A stretch of DNA of 27,851 nucleotides from a virus (lineage: Duplodnaviria > Caudoviricetes). Shown in pieces: positions 17,378 to 26,777 of this stretch (positions are counted from its first letter, which is position 1; each line of letters starts with the position of its first letter). Under the pieces are notes generated by a model that saw only the letters and a list, made by a program, of their open reading frames with translations, had not been told where the DNA came from and searched no databases. Both the position numbers and the translations under genes were made by a program. Location: positions 1 to 27,851 of IMG/VR virus record IMGVR_UViG_3300025277_000118, one strand, 5' to 3'.

Positions 17378-18085
17378 TTATTCTTTAACAGGAACCGATT
17401 GAAGAACAGAACCAAGCCATTCACTTGCTATAGCTCGCAAATCATCTTGGGGCTCATCTGCACCAACGGCTTCCGCAATAGCGACTTCTGCTGACTCTTC
17501 AGCATTTTCCAAAACTTCGTCACTAGCTTCAGCTGAATCCACTTCCTCATCAAGCTCCGCTTTTTTCTTCATTGCGGGAGCTTCTTCCTCTTTATCTTCA
17601 TCTTTTTTCTTTGGTGGCCATTCACCCTTTTTCTTCATTTGCGCCGTGAGAACAGACACAATTGCCCCAAAGGTATCATCGTCGAGCGCAGAAAACTTTT
17701 CCACTGTAGCAATGGCTTCGTCGCCCTGCAAACCGATTTCCTCAAGTTGCGCTTTTCGCTGAGATGCAATCTCTTTTTGCTGCATAACAGCCAAAGCTTC
17801 ATCTTTCTTAGCAAGATCTTCTGCCAACGCTGACAGCTTCTCTTCCAAGGCTTTCGTACTTTCATCGCTAGTGACCTTTTCACCACTAAGAGAAGCGACA
17901 CTCTCAATAAGCTTGTCCACTTCCTCTTGTTTAGTAGCCAAAGAAGCCTCCAGCTCAACAATCTTGCTCTGAAGCTCTTCTTGCTGACCAGCAGTCAACT
18001 GCTCTTGCAGTTCTTTGTTAGCAGTCTTGGCTTCCGCCAATTCTGCATGCAAATCCGTAATTTGTTTATCTAAACTATCGGACAT
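17378..18085 (-). CDS. Putative nested in-frame scaffold protein (235 aa)
   Basis: Internal AAGGAG-6nt-ATG (MSDSLDKQ) at the start of the coiled coil, in frame with the protease. Confidence 0.55.
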   Translation of the reverse strand: MSDSLDKQITDLHAELAEAKTANKELQEQLTAGQQEELQSKIVELEASLATKQEEVDKLIESVASLSGEKVTSDESTKALEEKLSALAEDLAKKDEALAVMQQKEIASQRKAQLEEIGLQGDEAIATVEKFSALDDDTFGAIVSVLTAQMKKKGEWPPKKKDEDKEEEAPAMKKKAELDEEVDSAEASDEVLENAEESAEVAIAEAVGADEPQDDLRAIASEWLGSVLQSVPVKE

Positions 18086-18868
18086 TTTACTCTCCTTTAA
18101 CGAAGATATAGTTATAGTTTTTGCTTCGGACTCATCAAACGTTTTATTGCCATCCAGTATTACACTACGAGGATTAGCAGGTTTTGAAACCAAGCCTTTA
18201 CCAGAGAACGATAAGTTTCGTAACAGTCTGCCAACTCTGTAGTTATCATATGTTCCATTCCCGCCATACGATCTTAAGTGTTTTGTTAAAAATGCGGATG
18301 CTTCATTACGAGGAACGACACTCGTTTGTCCGCTCTCATTCAACAAAGCATAATCAAAATTAGGAAACAGACACTCCATAGAAACAAACCATTTCCCATC
18401 TTCAATTTCCGCGATGATTTTAGTCATACGGTCTCGCTGCTCTGAATCGCTCCACTCTGTATAGATTACAGAAGTCGTCAAAATATTGAACTGCTTAGGA
18501 AATTCACCGCCCGAATCAAGCTCTACCCCCTCAAAGTCAACTGCAACATTACCAGTAATATGACCAATAATGTCCTTTTCGTTGTGCATGAAGTTGAAAG
18601 GCTTATCTTCCGGCGTATTTTTAGCAGCCCATGTTTCTTTGGGATCAAACACATCATCATTCTTATTCCAACCTGTGCTAACCAAGATGGACTTCAAGTA
18701 ATAAAGATCCATTTGATCTTGATTTTCAGCAATCAATTTATCAAGAGCAGACGATTTGAAAGTAGCAGATGGTTGATATGTTTCCGCCACAGAACACCAA
18801 GCCAATGTATTATTATTAGCTAAGGCTTCTTGCAGACCATCGTCAATTTCTTGTTTGTATATTTTCAT
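17378..18868 (-). CDS. Prohead protease / scaffold fusion (496 aa)
   Basis: ATG 18868 after GGAGGT. N-terminal 'NKNDDVF...KPFNFMH...IIGH...VSMEC...FSGKGLVSKPA' protease pattern; acidic coiled-coil C-terminal half. Confidence 0.75.
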   Translation of the reverse strand: MKIYKQEIDDGLQEALANNNTLAWCSVAETYQPSATFKSSALDKLIAENQDQMDLYYLKSILVSTGWNKNDDVFDPKETWAAKNTPEDKPFNFMHNEKDIIGHITGNVAVDFEGVELDSGGEFPKQFNILTTSVIYTEWSDSEQRDRMTKIIAEIEDGKWFVSMECLFPNFDYALLNESGQTSVVPRNEASAFLTKHLRSYGGNGTYDNYRVGRLLRNLSFSGKGLVSKPANPRSVILDGNKTFDESEAKTITISSLKESKMSDSLDKQITDLHAELAEAKTANKELQEQLTAGQQEELQSKIVELEASLATKQEEVDKLIESVASLSGEKVTSDESTKALEEKLSALAEDLAKKDEALAVMQQKEIASQRKAQLEEIGLQGDEAIATVEKFSALDDDTFGAIVSVLTAQMKKKGEWPPKKKDEDKEEEAPAMKKKAELDEEVDSAEASDEVLENAEESAEVAIAEAVGADEPQDDLRAIASEWLGSVLQSVPVKE

Positions 18869-18883
18869 AGATACCTCCAGAAT

Positions 18884-18900
18884 CATAATACACAAAAAAA
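18884..18900 (-). promoter_or_regulatory. Candidate late promoter (TTTTTTTGTGTATTAT) upstream of protease-capsid operon
   Basis: Intergenic copy of the motif. Confidence 0.6.
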
Positions 18901-18915
18901 TTAAATCCACGGTAT

Positions 18916-21018
18916 TTATTGCCCAAAATCAGACAATGCGGCAAACGTGGACGCATATATGTATCGTAATTCGGAAGTGTTAGGACTTCTATTATTGATA
19001 GTAGTGAATGAATCAACTTTACTAGAAGTCAAGCGGTTAAAAGCATCAGCCGGTTTAGTATTTGTGTCTAATAGCTGCTTCACAATCTCAGGGGTAATAT
19101 CCATATACGGCTGCATTCCCGTTAATATACACAATTTTAGATGTTCTAATTGATCAATTTGCGCTTTATTTAAACTACGTACATCCTTTTTACTAAAATG
19201 CGATAAAGCAATAGGCGATACAATATCAGAAATCTTACTTTGTGCTTCCATGGCCCACAAAGTTGCGTTAGTGGGATCTCCACTTCTAGGCAGCACTCTT
19301 TTCTGTTTACGTTTCTGTGTATCTCTAGAAAACTTAGGTCTTCCCGCTTCATCGTCTGGTTTACGATTATCTTCTAATTTAGGAACCGGCTCAACAGGGG
19401 TCTCTTCTACAGTCGTCGAAGGAAGTCCCAATTTATCAAGATACTCTTCCGAATCCAGTAAATCTTTAGTAAGTCCTATTTTTGCAATATCTTCCTTGTG
19501 TTGGGGATTATGGTACGGGCCTGCTTTTTTAGGAGCCCCTTTATCGTTCGTTCTTTCTCTCTCCTCACGCCTAACACGAATACGTTCAATACCGGGTAAT
19601 TCTCTAAATCTTTCCAATAGTGTCTCCTGTGAAATAATGTCCCTATCAGCCAACTGAATCAGCAATTGTTTCTGAGCCGCCTCATCTGACAACACAATAG
19701 AATCAAAATGAATTTCAGCCGGAAACCTGAAACCCATAGCCTTTTGTACAATATGAATCTCATGACGCCAGAAATTAGCAAGAATCTCGCGCCCATATTC
19801 CAATCGCTCAATCAAGGTTTTAAGTGATACAAAATTATTAGTATATCCACCACTAGTAGTGGCGCCGGTAAGAGTAGGTGGAATACCAAGACCGGCATAA
19901 ATACTGGTAAGAACAGGCTGATATTTATCACCTCCCAAAAACCTATATACTTGAGACTGACTTTCCGTAAACTTCAACTCAGGACCCCACACCAAATCCA
20001 TAGTGCCGCCCCCAACATTACTTGCTAAAATATCTCTAAGTTTATTGATGGCCGCTTTCGTGGGAATGATCTTATGGTCCAGATCACCAACAGTCCATAA
20101 TCTAACATTAGAAATTGCCCCATCTAGCGCAGCAAGATCGGCAAGCTTCATCTTTTCAAGCATAATAATGTCGTCAAGAATAGCATAAATCATGGGGTTA
20201 GCCCATAGTAACCAATCGTCTTTCTTGTAGTGATGAAAACTCACCTCATTGAGATCAAGGGGGATAGTACGATCCCCTTGTTTCAATCTACGCTGCAAAT
20301 CACTGGGAAGGGTTTTAAATATAACCTTATTAGTAGTGGCACTTTTCACCAACGACTCAGCAGTATATTTAGATAGATTTAGTACAAATTCTGGTTTTCC
20401 AATTAATTGTCCACCATGATCTTTTACATCTACGGCCAATGGATTGAGAAAATCATACGACCATGGAATCTCGCGCTTTTTAACCTTGAGATCTACAATC
20501 TGAACATCGGCCGCTACAGATCTACGTAGTTCTCTTTCTTTTGCGGCGCTCAATTTAGCCGTACGGCGCTTGGTTATAACGTTACCACATCTATAAAGAT
20601 AATTCAAAAATCTTTCAGACCTATCAACACCACCAATCTGTTGAAACCATTTACGATAAAACTTTTCTATGGTTTTATTCGGATGTACAAGAATTAAACC
20701 CTGAGAAGCAAAGTCACTCATAAGATCTACTACGTTACGAATGATGCCCACTTTATCATATGCCTGCATGCACATCTTTATGATACGTTTTTGCTGACTA
20801 GAAACAGATTCGCCGGGACGAAAATTATCATAATCCTGTCGCAAAAAACTCGTTCTTACAGACCTATTGGGTTCAATATCTATATAGCTCGTGCGCCGCC
20901 CATAAGCCACGGCCTTTTGGATACCATCATAAGCCTCAAGGGTGTCAGAAGTTTTAGCATAAGCTTCTTGTCTTTGTGAATCGCTATCCCATGTTCGATA
21001 TAGTGATGAGTCGGACAT
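18916..21018 (-). CDS. Portal protein (700 aa)
   Basis: Between TerL and protease; 'AYDKVGIIRNVVDLMSDF' N-terminal helix, 'IYAGLGIPPTL' and a late 'GRP' motif typical of portals. Confidence 0.8.
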   Translation of the reverse strand: MSDSSLYRTWDSDSQRQEAYAKTSDTLEAYDGIQKAVAYGRRTSYIDIEPNRSVRTSFLRQDYDNFRPGESVSSQQKRIIKMCMQAYDKVGIIRNVVDLMSDFASQGLILVHPNKTIEKFYRKWFQQIGGVDRSERFLNYLYRCGNVITKRRTAKLSAAKERELRRSVAADVQIVDLKVKKREIPWSYDFLNPLAVDVKDHGGQLIGKPEFVLNLSKYTAESLVKSATTNKVIFKTLPSDLQRRLKQGDRTIPLDLNEVSFHHYKKDDWLLWANPMIYAILDDIIMLEKMKLADLAALDGAISNVRLWTVGDLDHKIIPTKAAINKLRDILASNVGGGTMDLVWGPELKFTESQSQVYRFLGGDKYQPVLTSIYAGLGIPPTLTGATTSGGYTNNFVSLKTLIERLEYGREILANFWRHEIHIVQKAMGFRFPAEIHFDSIVLSDEAAQKQLLIQLADRDIISQETLLERFRELPGIERIRVRREERERTNDKGAPKKAGPYHNPQHKEDIAKIGLTKDLLDSEEYLDKLGLPSTTVEETPVEPVPKLEDNRKPDDEAGRPKFSRDTQKRKQKRVLPRSGDPTNATLWAMEAQSKISDIVSPIALSHFSKKDVRSLNKAQIDQLEHLKLCILTGMQPYMDITPEIVKQLLDTNTKPADAFNRLTSSKVDSFTTINNRSPNTSELRYIYASTFAALSDFGQ

Positions 21019-21063
21019 TTAGATTGATCTCCGGTCAATGGTATTAAGAATAAGATCGTCAAT

Positions 21064-21080
21064 TACATTATACACAACTT
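21064..21080 (-). promoter_or_regulatory. Candidate late promoter (TTGTGTATAATG) upstream of portal
   Basis: Intergenic copy directly after the TerL stop. Confidence 0.6.
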
Positions 21081-23061
21081 AGTACAAGTCTTGCGCTTTT
21101 TCCGTAAACCATGATGGCCCATGATATAGCTTATCATTATTGAACTTAATAGAAGGATCTACTTGAGCAAAACCCCCAATAGCCCCATACTCAACAACGC
21201 TTTTTTCAAAGGACATGCATCTGGCCGACATGTTAGCCATCAACAAGGATGAATAGCGATCTTTACGAAGTCTGCTTTTTTTTCCGGCCGCTACTTTAAT
21301 TTCAGGCGTATCCCACCGCTCTCGCCCCGTAGACGTTTGCGTCATCACAATCATAGATAATTCATCTTTTAGCTCTTCGATTTCCATCACACAATCCTCT
21401 AATGTATCATACTTTCTTCCCGCAGATTTATCTTCCTCTAAAGACAGCCCAATACTCACAGAATCAAAAAACGGAAATAACAATATTTTATCTTCAAAAT
21501 CTTTTCGTAGCCCGTGATTTGCTTCAGATAACCAGTCAGCACGAGCAAACTGACATAGTCTCAATATATGTAAGCCAGCATGATCATCTGTATCTTTTTC
21601 TTTTTCTTCGATTACAGGCCAAATGGGGACTTCTCCTTCTGCAATCTTATCCTTGTCATGTAAAGCTTCCATAACTGCAATTCCACCACCCTGAACATCT
21701 AGGGCTATTTCAAGACACGGAAATACTTTCATTAGCTGTCTAATCTTTTTGGCGCAGTAAGAATAAAAATCATCTTCATCAACAAGTCTAGATCTGAGCT
21801 TTTCTTTATGTTGTTGTCGCGTGGTGGTCCAACAGTGGACAATGCGTCTATGGTCTGGGTGTACTTCGAGAACTACAATACTGAAATTATCAACCTCAGA
21901 AGCGGGATCAACACCAAAAACATATCTCTTGTCATGTGTCCCTTTAAGCTGTGATTCAAATGACACTTCACCCGAAGGAAGCATAACTGGCTGATGGGGA
22001 GCCGTACTACATGCTTCTAAAAGACTACGCTTGAAAAACCCCTGACTATCAGTAGTAAAACATGCCCCATATTCCATATTGTAAATACCTGAATGAATAG
22101 TGGCTTTAGCCCGAGCTACTTGACCATCATCCATAAAGCCATCGGGTAGTTTATCAACATCCATACGAATCACTGAATATTCGCGCCAATCAAATTCGGG
22201 AGGAACTTCTTCCCCAAATAGCTCTTGTAATTTATGGATATTTCCTTTACTTTTGATAATAGAACAATACCGTTTCCAATATTCAGCAAAATGATTAAAA
22301 TCATAATATGCAGTACCTGACAATATAATCTGGTTGGACTTCTGCATCATACTATCTTCAGTATCAGAATCTAAAGTGACACCCAGTTCCTTAGCTCGTT
22401 TACTTTTTGCTCTCGCTTTAACTTTTTCAATAGGAGAAGCAGATACTGCGGCAAAGCCAGCAACCACATTTTCAAATATATCACGCGGAATGGAAGCAAA
22501 TTCATCAGCAATAATATCGTTTGCGCGCTGGCCTCTAATCTTAGAACCATCCCCTAGAGGTAAACATGTAATAGTACTTTGATTAATGTGCATCACACAC
22601 CGGTCCACGTCTCGACGAGGACCACTACTAGTATCACACAAATCCCTCAGCACCGGAGCATTTTTCCAAATGGTATCCATATACTCAAATAGTACTTTTG
22701 ACTGACGAAAAGCCGCACCAACCACAATAATCTTACGGCGTGGCATAAATAAGGCTCGTAGCAAAGGATATACAGAAAGAAGAAAAGATTTCCCCATACC
22801 ACGACTACCAATTAACATGGGAAATTTACGAGTCCACACTTCTTGCAATATAAGAGACTGAAAAGGGGATAGTTCGATATTAAGTAAATACTTACAGGCG
22901 AAAGAAATATATTCGGGCCTCATCATGAGCCACGCTATTCGTTCCAGTAGCTTATCTTTATCAGCTCCACTAACCACAAAATCCATAGGATTAAATAGGC
23001 TCTCTGAATCAATATCAACACCCAGCCACGCATCTTCGATTTTTTGTCGATTATTTATCAT
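21079..23061 (-). CDS. terL: Terminase large subunit
   Basis: Walker A GSRGMGKS, Walker B IIADEF, coupling motif LSGT, nuclease motifs FGVDPA and KDRYSS. Confidence 0.92.
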   Translation of the reverse strand: MINNRQKIEDAWLGVDIDSESLFNPMDFVVSGADKDKLLERIAWLMMRPEYISFACKYLLNIELSPFQSLILQEVWTRKFPMLIGSRGMGKSFLLSVYPLLRALFMPRRKIIVVGAAFRQSKVLFEYMDTIWKNAPVLRDLCDTSSGPRRDVDRCVMHINQSTITCLPLGDGSKIRGQRANDIIADEFASIPRDIFENVVAGFAAVSASPIEKVKARAKSKRAKELGVTLDSDTEDSMMQKSNQIILSGTAYYDFNHFAEYWKRYCSIIKSKGNIHKLQELFGEEVPPEFDWREYSVIRMDVDKLPDGFMDDGQVARAKATIHSGIYNMEYGACFTTDSQGFFKRSLLEACSTAPHQPVMLPSGEVSFESQLKGTHDKRYVFGVDPASEVDNFSIVVLEVHPDHRRIVHCWTTTRQQHKEKLRSRLVDEDDFYSYCAKKIRQLMKVFPCLEIALDVQGGGIAVMEALHDKDKIAEGEVPIWPVIEEKEKDTDDHAGLHILRLCQFARADWLSEANHGLRKDFEDKILLFPFFDSVSIGLSLEEDKSAGRKYDTLEDCVMEIEELKDELSMIVMTQTSTGRERWDTPEIKVAAGKKSRLRKDRYSSLLMANMSARCMSFEKSVVEYGAIGGFAQVDPSIKFNNDKLYHGPSWFTEKAQDLY

Positions 23062-23388
23062 TTAGTAATTCACTAGAAGAGTTATTATTTTTGCATTACG
23101 AGGATCGTCCAAAAAACCAATCATGGATGTTGCTACTCTCGATACCACCTTCTCTTCCTCATCGTGATTTTGTATGTGTGTTAAGTGCCACACGGCATGA
23201 AGCACCTCATGTAACAATGTATCCCTAATAACCGATTCCGCCACCCCACAATATATCCTAATCTTTTTTTGATCATTGCAACAATCACCATATGCTTCGC
23301 GCTCTTTAAATAACTTCTCAGACATTTCCTCTACTGTATATTCATGTCCCAGTACATATACTTTAGTTGGAAGTTTCTTTTTGGCCAT
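23062..23388 (-). CDS. Small HExxH zinc metallopeptidase-like protein
   Basis: TLLHEVLHA followed by EEEKVV (candidate third ligand). Confidence 0.7.
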   Translation of the reverse strand: MAKKKLPTKVYVLGHEYTVEEMSEKLFKEREAYGDCCNDQKKIRIYCGVAESVIRDTLLHEVLHAVWHLTHIQNHDEEEKVVSRVATSMIGFLDDPRNAKIITLLVNY

Positions 23389-23872
23389 TATTGTCTCCGC
23401 TATAAAACAATTCGTTTAAACGCTTAAAGACACTGTTACAAACAATAAAGGCATTTGGTTTATCGCCGCAAAACACTATTTTAGTCTCGTATCTCAACTG
23501 GAACTCAACCAAACATTTTAGTAGATATTTTCCCGTGATCCTAACTTTTGATCTGGCCCTCATCGGAACACCCGACCCCTCAGGGTATCTTAATAGATCT
23601 CCCAAAGTAAATTCGCAAATCATAAAAGAAAACTCATAGTCCCTCATCCTTTCCATCTCAGCTTGAAATGGCTTCTTTTTTTTGCCCAAATTTATAGCGA
23701 TTTCTGAAGTACATGCCTTACGCTCAATACATACCACGTCCTCAAATCCCATCAAGGTATAATCCCCAGTATGTAGTGTGTCGATTTCCATACCAGCACA
23801 CTTATCATACTGAGAAAAAATCCACCCATTTTGTTCACGGGTATCTTTGATGACTGTATAATTTGGTGACAT
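23363..23872 (-). CDS. ERCC4/XPF-family nuclease domain protein
   Basis: DTREQ, LHTGDY and IERKA motifs. Confidence 0.8.
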   Translation of the reverse strand: MSPNYTVIKDTREQNGWIFSQYDKCAGMEIDTLHTGDYTLMGFEDVVCIERKACTSEIAINLGKKKKPFQAEMERMRDYEFSFMICEFTLGDLLRYPEGSGVPMRARSKVRITGKYLLKCLVEFQLRYETKIVFCGDKPNAFIVCNSVFKRLNELFYSGDNNGQKETSN

Positions 23873-23873
23873 A

Positions 23874-24125
23874 TCACCTCAATGTTAAAGTTTGTGCATT
23901 ATTATCAAATACCATATGGCTACGCAAATGTTGATGATCACCAAAAATTTTATTAAACATAGCCACATCACACCCGTGAAATACACGATGCTCACCGGCT
24001 GCATGAGCCGCCAATACAGCATCCACATCAACAGTAGAATGTGAAACTGGGTCTGGCAGAGGATACCCATCAATATTTTGTGGAGGATCAACTGGTTCTG
24101 GTACAAAGAATGGATTTTCAGACAT
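23874..24125 (-). CDS. Hypothetical His-rich protein (83 aa)
   Basis: GGGAG RBS; fits the gap with 1-2 nt spacing. Confidence 0.55.
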   Translation of the reverse strand: MSENPFFVPEPVDPPQNIDGYPLPDPVSHSTVDVDAVLAAHAAGEHRVFHGCDVAMFNKIFGDHQHLRSHMVFDNNAQTLTLR

Positions 24126-24127
24126 GA

Positions 24128-24394
24128 CTATCTCCCTTTTTGGATTAAACTTGTAAAATAAGCAATATAGTGACTCTCCTTACCTGTTATATCTTTATGA
24201 CAATTTTTACATAAAGCAATTCCGTTATCTACATCATATCTTAAAGAAGCCGCCGATGACCACCGTATAATATGATGCACATTTAATCTCGCCTTCCTTC
24301 CCTTAGCTCCACACATTTGACACGTAGCCTTATCCCGTTTCAATACCCGCTTCCTGAAGTCCTTGTATACCGGATCGTTGTAGTCTCGCTTCAT
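24128..24394 (-). CDS. HNH endonuclease
   Basis: RDKATCQMCG...VHHI...NGIALCKNCH; GGAG RBS within the gmd 3' end. Confidence 0.88.
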   Translation of the reverse strand: MKRDYNDPVYKDFRKRVLKRDKATCQMCGAKGRKARLNVHHIIRWSSAASLRYDVDNGIALCKNCHKDITGKESHYIAYFTSLIQKGR

Positions 24395-25478
24395 TGATAT
24401 CGTTCTCCACCATTCGTTTCACTAAAGATTTAAAGGATACTTCCGGCGCCCAACCTAAATTAGTTTTTGCTTTTGTGGATAGCCCCAGTAGATATTCTAC
24501 ATCAGCTGGTCTATAAAATTTAGGGTCAATAACTATGAAATCCTCATAATTTTCTACCCCAATACCACAAAACGCTTCTACCAAAAGATCCCGCACAGAA
24601 TGCGCACTACTAGTGGCTACCACATAATCATCGGGACTTTTCTGCTGAAGCATCAACCACATCGCCCGCACATAATCTTCCGCATGCCCCCAGTCTCTTT
24701 TGGCATCCAAATTTCCCAATCTCAACTTAGGGAATTGAAATCCCTGAGATACGTCAGTCCTACCCGGTATATATACTTCATCCTGATCCACTGTAACTAA
24801 CTTACTGGGACCTACATGATGCTCCTCTAACCACGCCACCAGTTTCCCCAACCATTTTGTCACCTTACGTGTAACAAAGTGTTCCCCCCGTCGTTCCGAC
24901 TCATGGTTAAATAAAATCCCACTACATCCAAATAAACCATAAGAGGTCCGATAATTGTCTACTAAATGATGAGCCGCAAGCTTAGCAATAGCATAGGGGC
25001 TCTGCGGCATAAAAGATGTTCCTTCATCTTGGTATTTGTGGATTTGCGGTCTTCCGCATCCTTGTAGTTCCGTGCTGACAGTATAATTTCTACCAAACAT
25101 CTCACTGGAAGACGCCTGATAAAACTTAATTTCCTCTAACCGCCCCGAATATCTGATAGCTTCCAGTATATTCATACATCCCCCCGCCGTAACATCCCAC
25201 GTCAGGGAGGGTTGATTAAAAGAAGTGCCCACATGAGATTGTGCCGCTAGATTATATATTTCGTCGGGCTTGTATTGATTGATGGTATTACTAACATTAA
25301 ACGCATCAGTAATGTCACCCTCGATAATTTGTATTTTGGGCAGAAGATGCTTAATCCTGACGAGAGTGTCTACGCTCACGCGGCGCGTAACGCCCACTAC
25401 CTCATACCCCTTTTCAAGAAGCAACTCCGCGAGATAACTTCCGTCTTGACCCGTAATCCCGAAAATAATAGCTTTCAT
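24330..25478 (-). CDS. gmd: GDP-mannose 4,6-dehydratase
   Basis: GITGQDGSYL, YNLAAQSHV, YQASSSEMFG, SPYAIAK, GILFNHES..RG..FVTRK, LGNLDAKRDWGHA. Confidence 0.95.
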   Translation of the reverse strand: MKAIIFGITGQDGSYLAELLLEKGYEVVGVTRRVSVDTLVRIKHLLPKIQIIEGDITDAFNVSNTINQYKPDEIYNLAAQSHVGTSFNQPSLTWDVTAGGCMNILEAIRYSGRLEEIKFYQASSSEMFGRNYTVSTELQGCGRPQIHKYQDEGTSFMPQSPYAIAKLAAHHLVDNYRTSYGLFGCSGILFNHESERRGEHFVTRKVTKWLGKLVAWLEEHHVGPSKLVTVDQDEVYIPGRTDVSQGFQFPKLRLGNLDAKRDWGHAEDYVRAMWLMLQQKSPDDYVVATSSAHSVRDLLVEAFCGIGVENYEDFIVIDPKFYRPADVEYLLGLSTKAKTNLGWAPEVSFKSLVKRMVENDINEARLQRSGIQGLQEAGIETG

Positions 25479-25480
25479 AC

Positions 25481-26275
25481 TTACTCCTTAACAGTGTCCT
25501 CTGTTAAAAATGGCTGATCCACGGTACCATCTTCATAATTAGAATACTCTGACAAACGTTCTTTCTCTTTTTCGGTAGCAAGTCGCATCTTTTCCATTTC
25601 TTCCCCAATGTGGTTTCGATATACGGGATCAGTTGCGATTTTTTTTACAAGTGCCGCAAATGTAAGCTTTGAATCTTCTATGGCTTTAATACGTTGCTCT
25701 CTAGTACCCTTGAGATCCTTCAGCATCGTCGCCTTGCGCGCTTGTAGATCCTTATAGTCTTTAGACAGGGTTTCTTGTGAGGCCCTTAGAATGGCTACTT
25801 GGCGCTCCATATTGATGATGAGATCCATATCGCGCTGATCCTTATCCCTAGCCTTTTCGTCTTGCACCAATCTTTCAGTCAATAGGACCTCTTGTTGGTT
25901 GTCCCTTTGACTCTTTAAGATACGGTTCATTAAAAGTTCCAATTTAATAGTATCAATTATCTGCATTTCCTCCGTATGAAACACATCGTCCTTAAATTGG
26001 GACCACATCTTTTTGAAATGGAACTCAAACATTTCCAACTCTTCAGCCGAGAACTGGTTGGATAATTCGCGATAATAGGGTTTCGCCTTTAATTCATTAG
26101 CTACAGCCGCCTCTTTTTTCTGAGATGCTGAGAAGCCCACATTCTTTTCTATCCAGTCCCGAATTGAAACAGGATCACGATCTAGTTTCTCTGCGATAAT
26201 ATCAGGAGAAAGAACCTCGGCTTGCGCCTCGATAAAAGACATCTCATCTACAGAAAATCTACCCTTCTTCATCAT
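25481..26275 (-). CDS. Putative terminase small subunit (HTH plus coiled coil, 264 aa)
   Basis: N-terminal HTH-like 'PDIIAEKLDRDPVSIRDWI', long coiled coil, located upstream of terL; function inferred. Confidence 0.45.
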   Translation of the reverse strand: MMKKGRFSVDEMSFIEAQAEVLSPDIIAEKLDRDPVSIRDWIEKNVGFSASQKKEAAVANELKAKPYYRELSNQFSAEELEMFEFHFKKMWSQFKDDVFHTEEMQIIDTIKLELLMNRILKSQRDNQQEVLLTERLVQDEKARDKDQRDMDLIINMERQVAILRASQETLSKDYKDLQARKATMLKDLKGTREQRIKAIEDSKLTFAALVKKIATDPVYRNHIGEEMEKMRLATEKEKERLSEYSNYEDGTVDQPFLTEDTVKE

Positions 26276-26777
26276 AGTCTCCTTCGATAATGCGTTTTAT
26301 TACTTCAATAACATTAGCCTTACGACTTTTTGGCAGAGAAGAATTTGAGCGTAATTTAAGGTAGTCGCCTCTCAGGTGCGCGGGGAGCTTGCTGTCTATA
26401 AGGTCGAGGGTTTCGTCCAAGTGGGCCTGATCAACAGTGTTATCTTGGGTGGCAATTGAATAGAGGCTTTGAATGTCTATGGGTTCGAGGAGGTTTCTCT
26501 TTCGGTCCTGTATCTTTTGGGCGTTGCCGTGATCAAATCTATAGTAATTGTCGCGTTTAAAATTCTTCAGGCGGTTGTTTATGTGGGTATAGAGGAAATT
26601 TTCTAGGGGCTTGCTGGTATCGTATCGGTCGAGGGCCTCTATACCCATCAAAAATGCTTCTTGTTGTATATCATCTACATCATATGAGGCAAAAACGTAT
26701 TTGGGGGCCAACTTGCGGGCGATTGTATTAATGGTGTCGAGCACTTGTTGCTCACTCAGGTTCTTTGGTATCTTCAT
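26259..26777 (-). CDS. RNA polymerase sigma-70-family factor (172 aa), probable late sigma
   Basis: Region 2: 'DVDDIQQEAFLMGIEALDRYDTSKPLENFLYTHINNRLKNFKR'. Start moved to ATG 26777 (MKIPKNL). Confidence 0.8.
   Translation of the reverse strand: MKIPKNLSEQQVLDTINTIARKLAPKYVFASYDVDDIQQEAFLMGIEALDRYDTSKPLENFLYTHINNRLKNFKRDNYYRFDHGNAQKIQDRKRNLLEPIDIQSLYSIATQDNTVDQAHLDETLDLIDSKLPAHLRGDYLKLRSNSSLPKSRKANVIEVIKRIIEGDYDEEG

Noticed and set aside
21079-23061. Intein or intron in terL
   Set aside because: ATPase and nuclease motifs are continuous at normal spacing; no intein splice motifs or LAGLIDADG.
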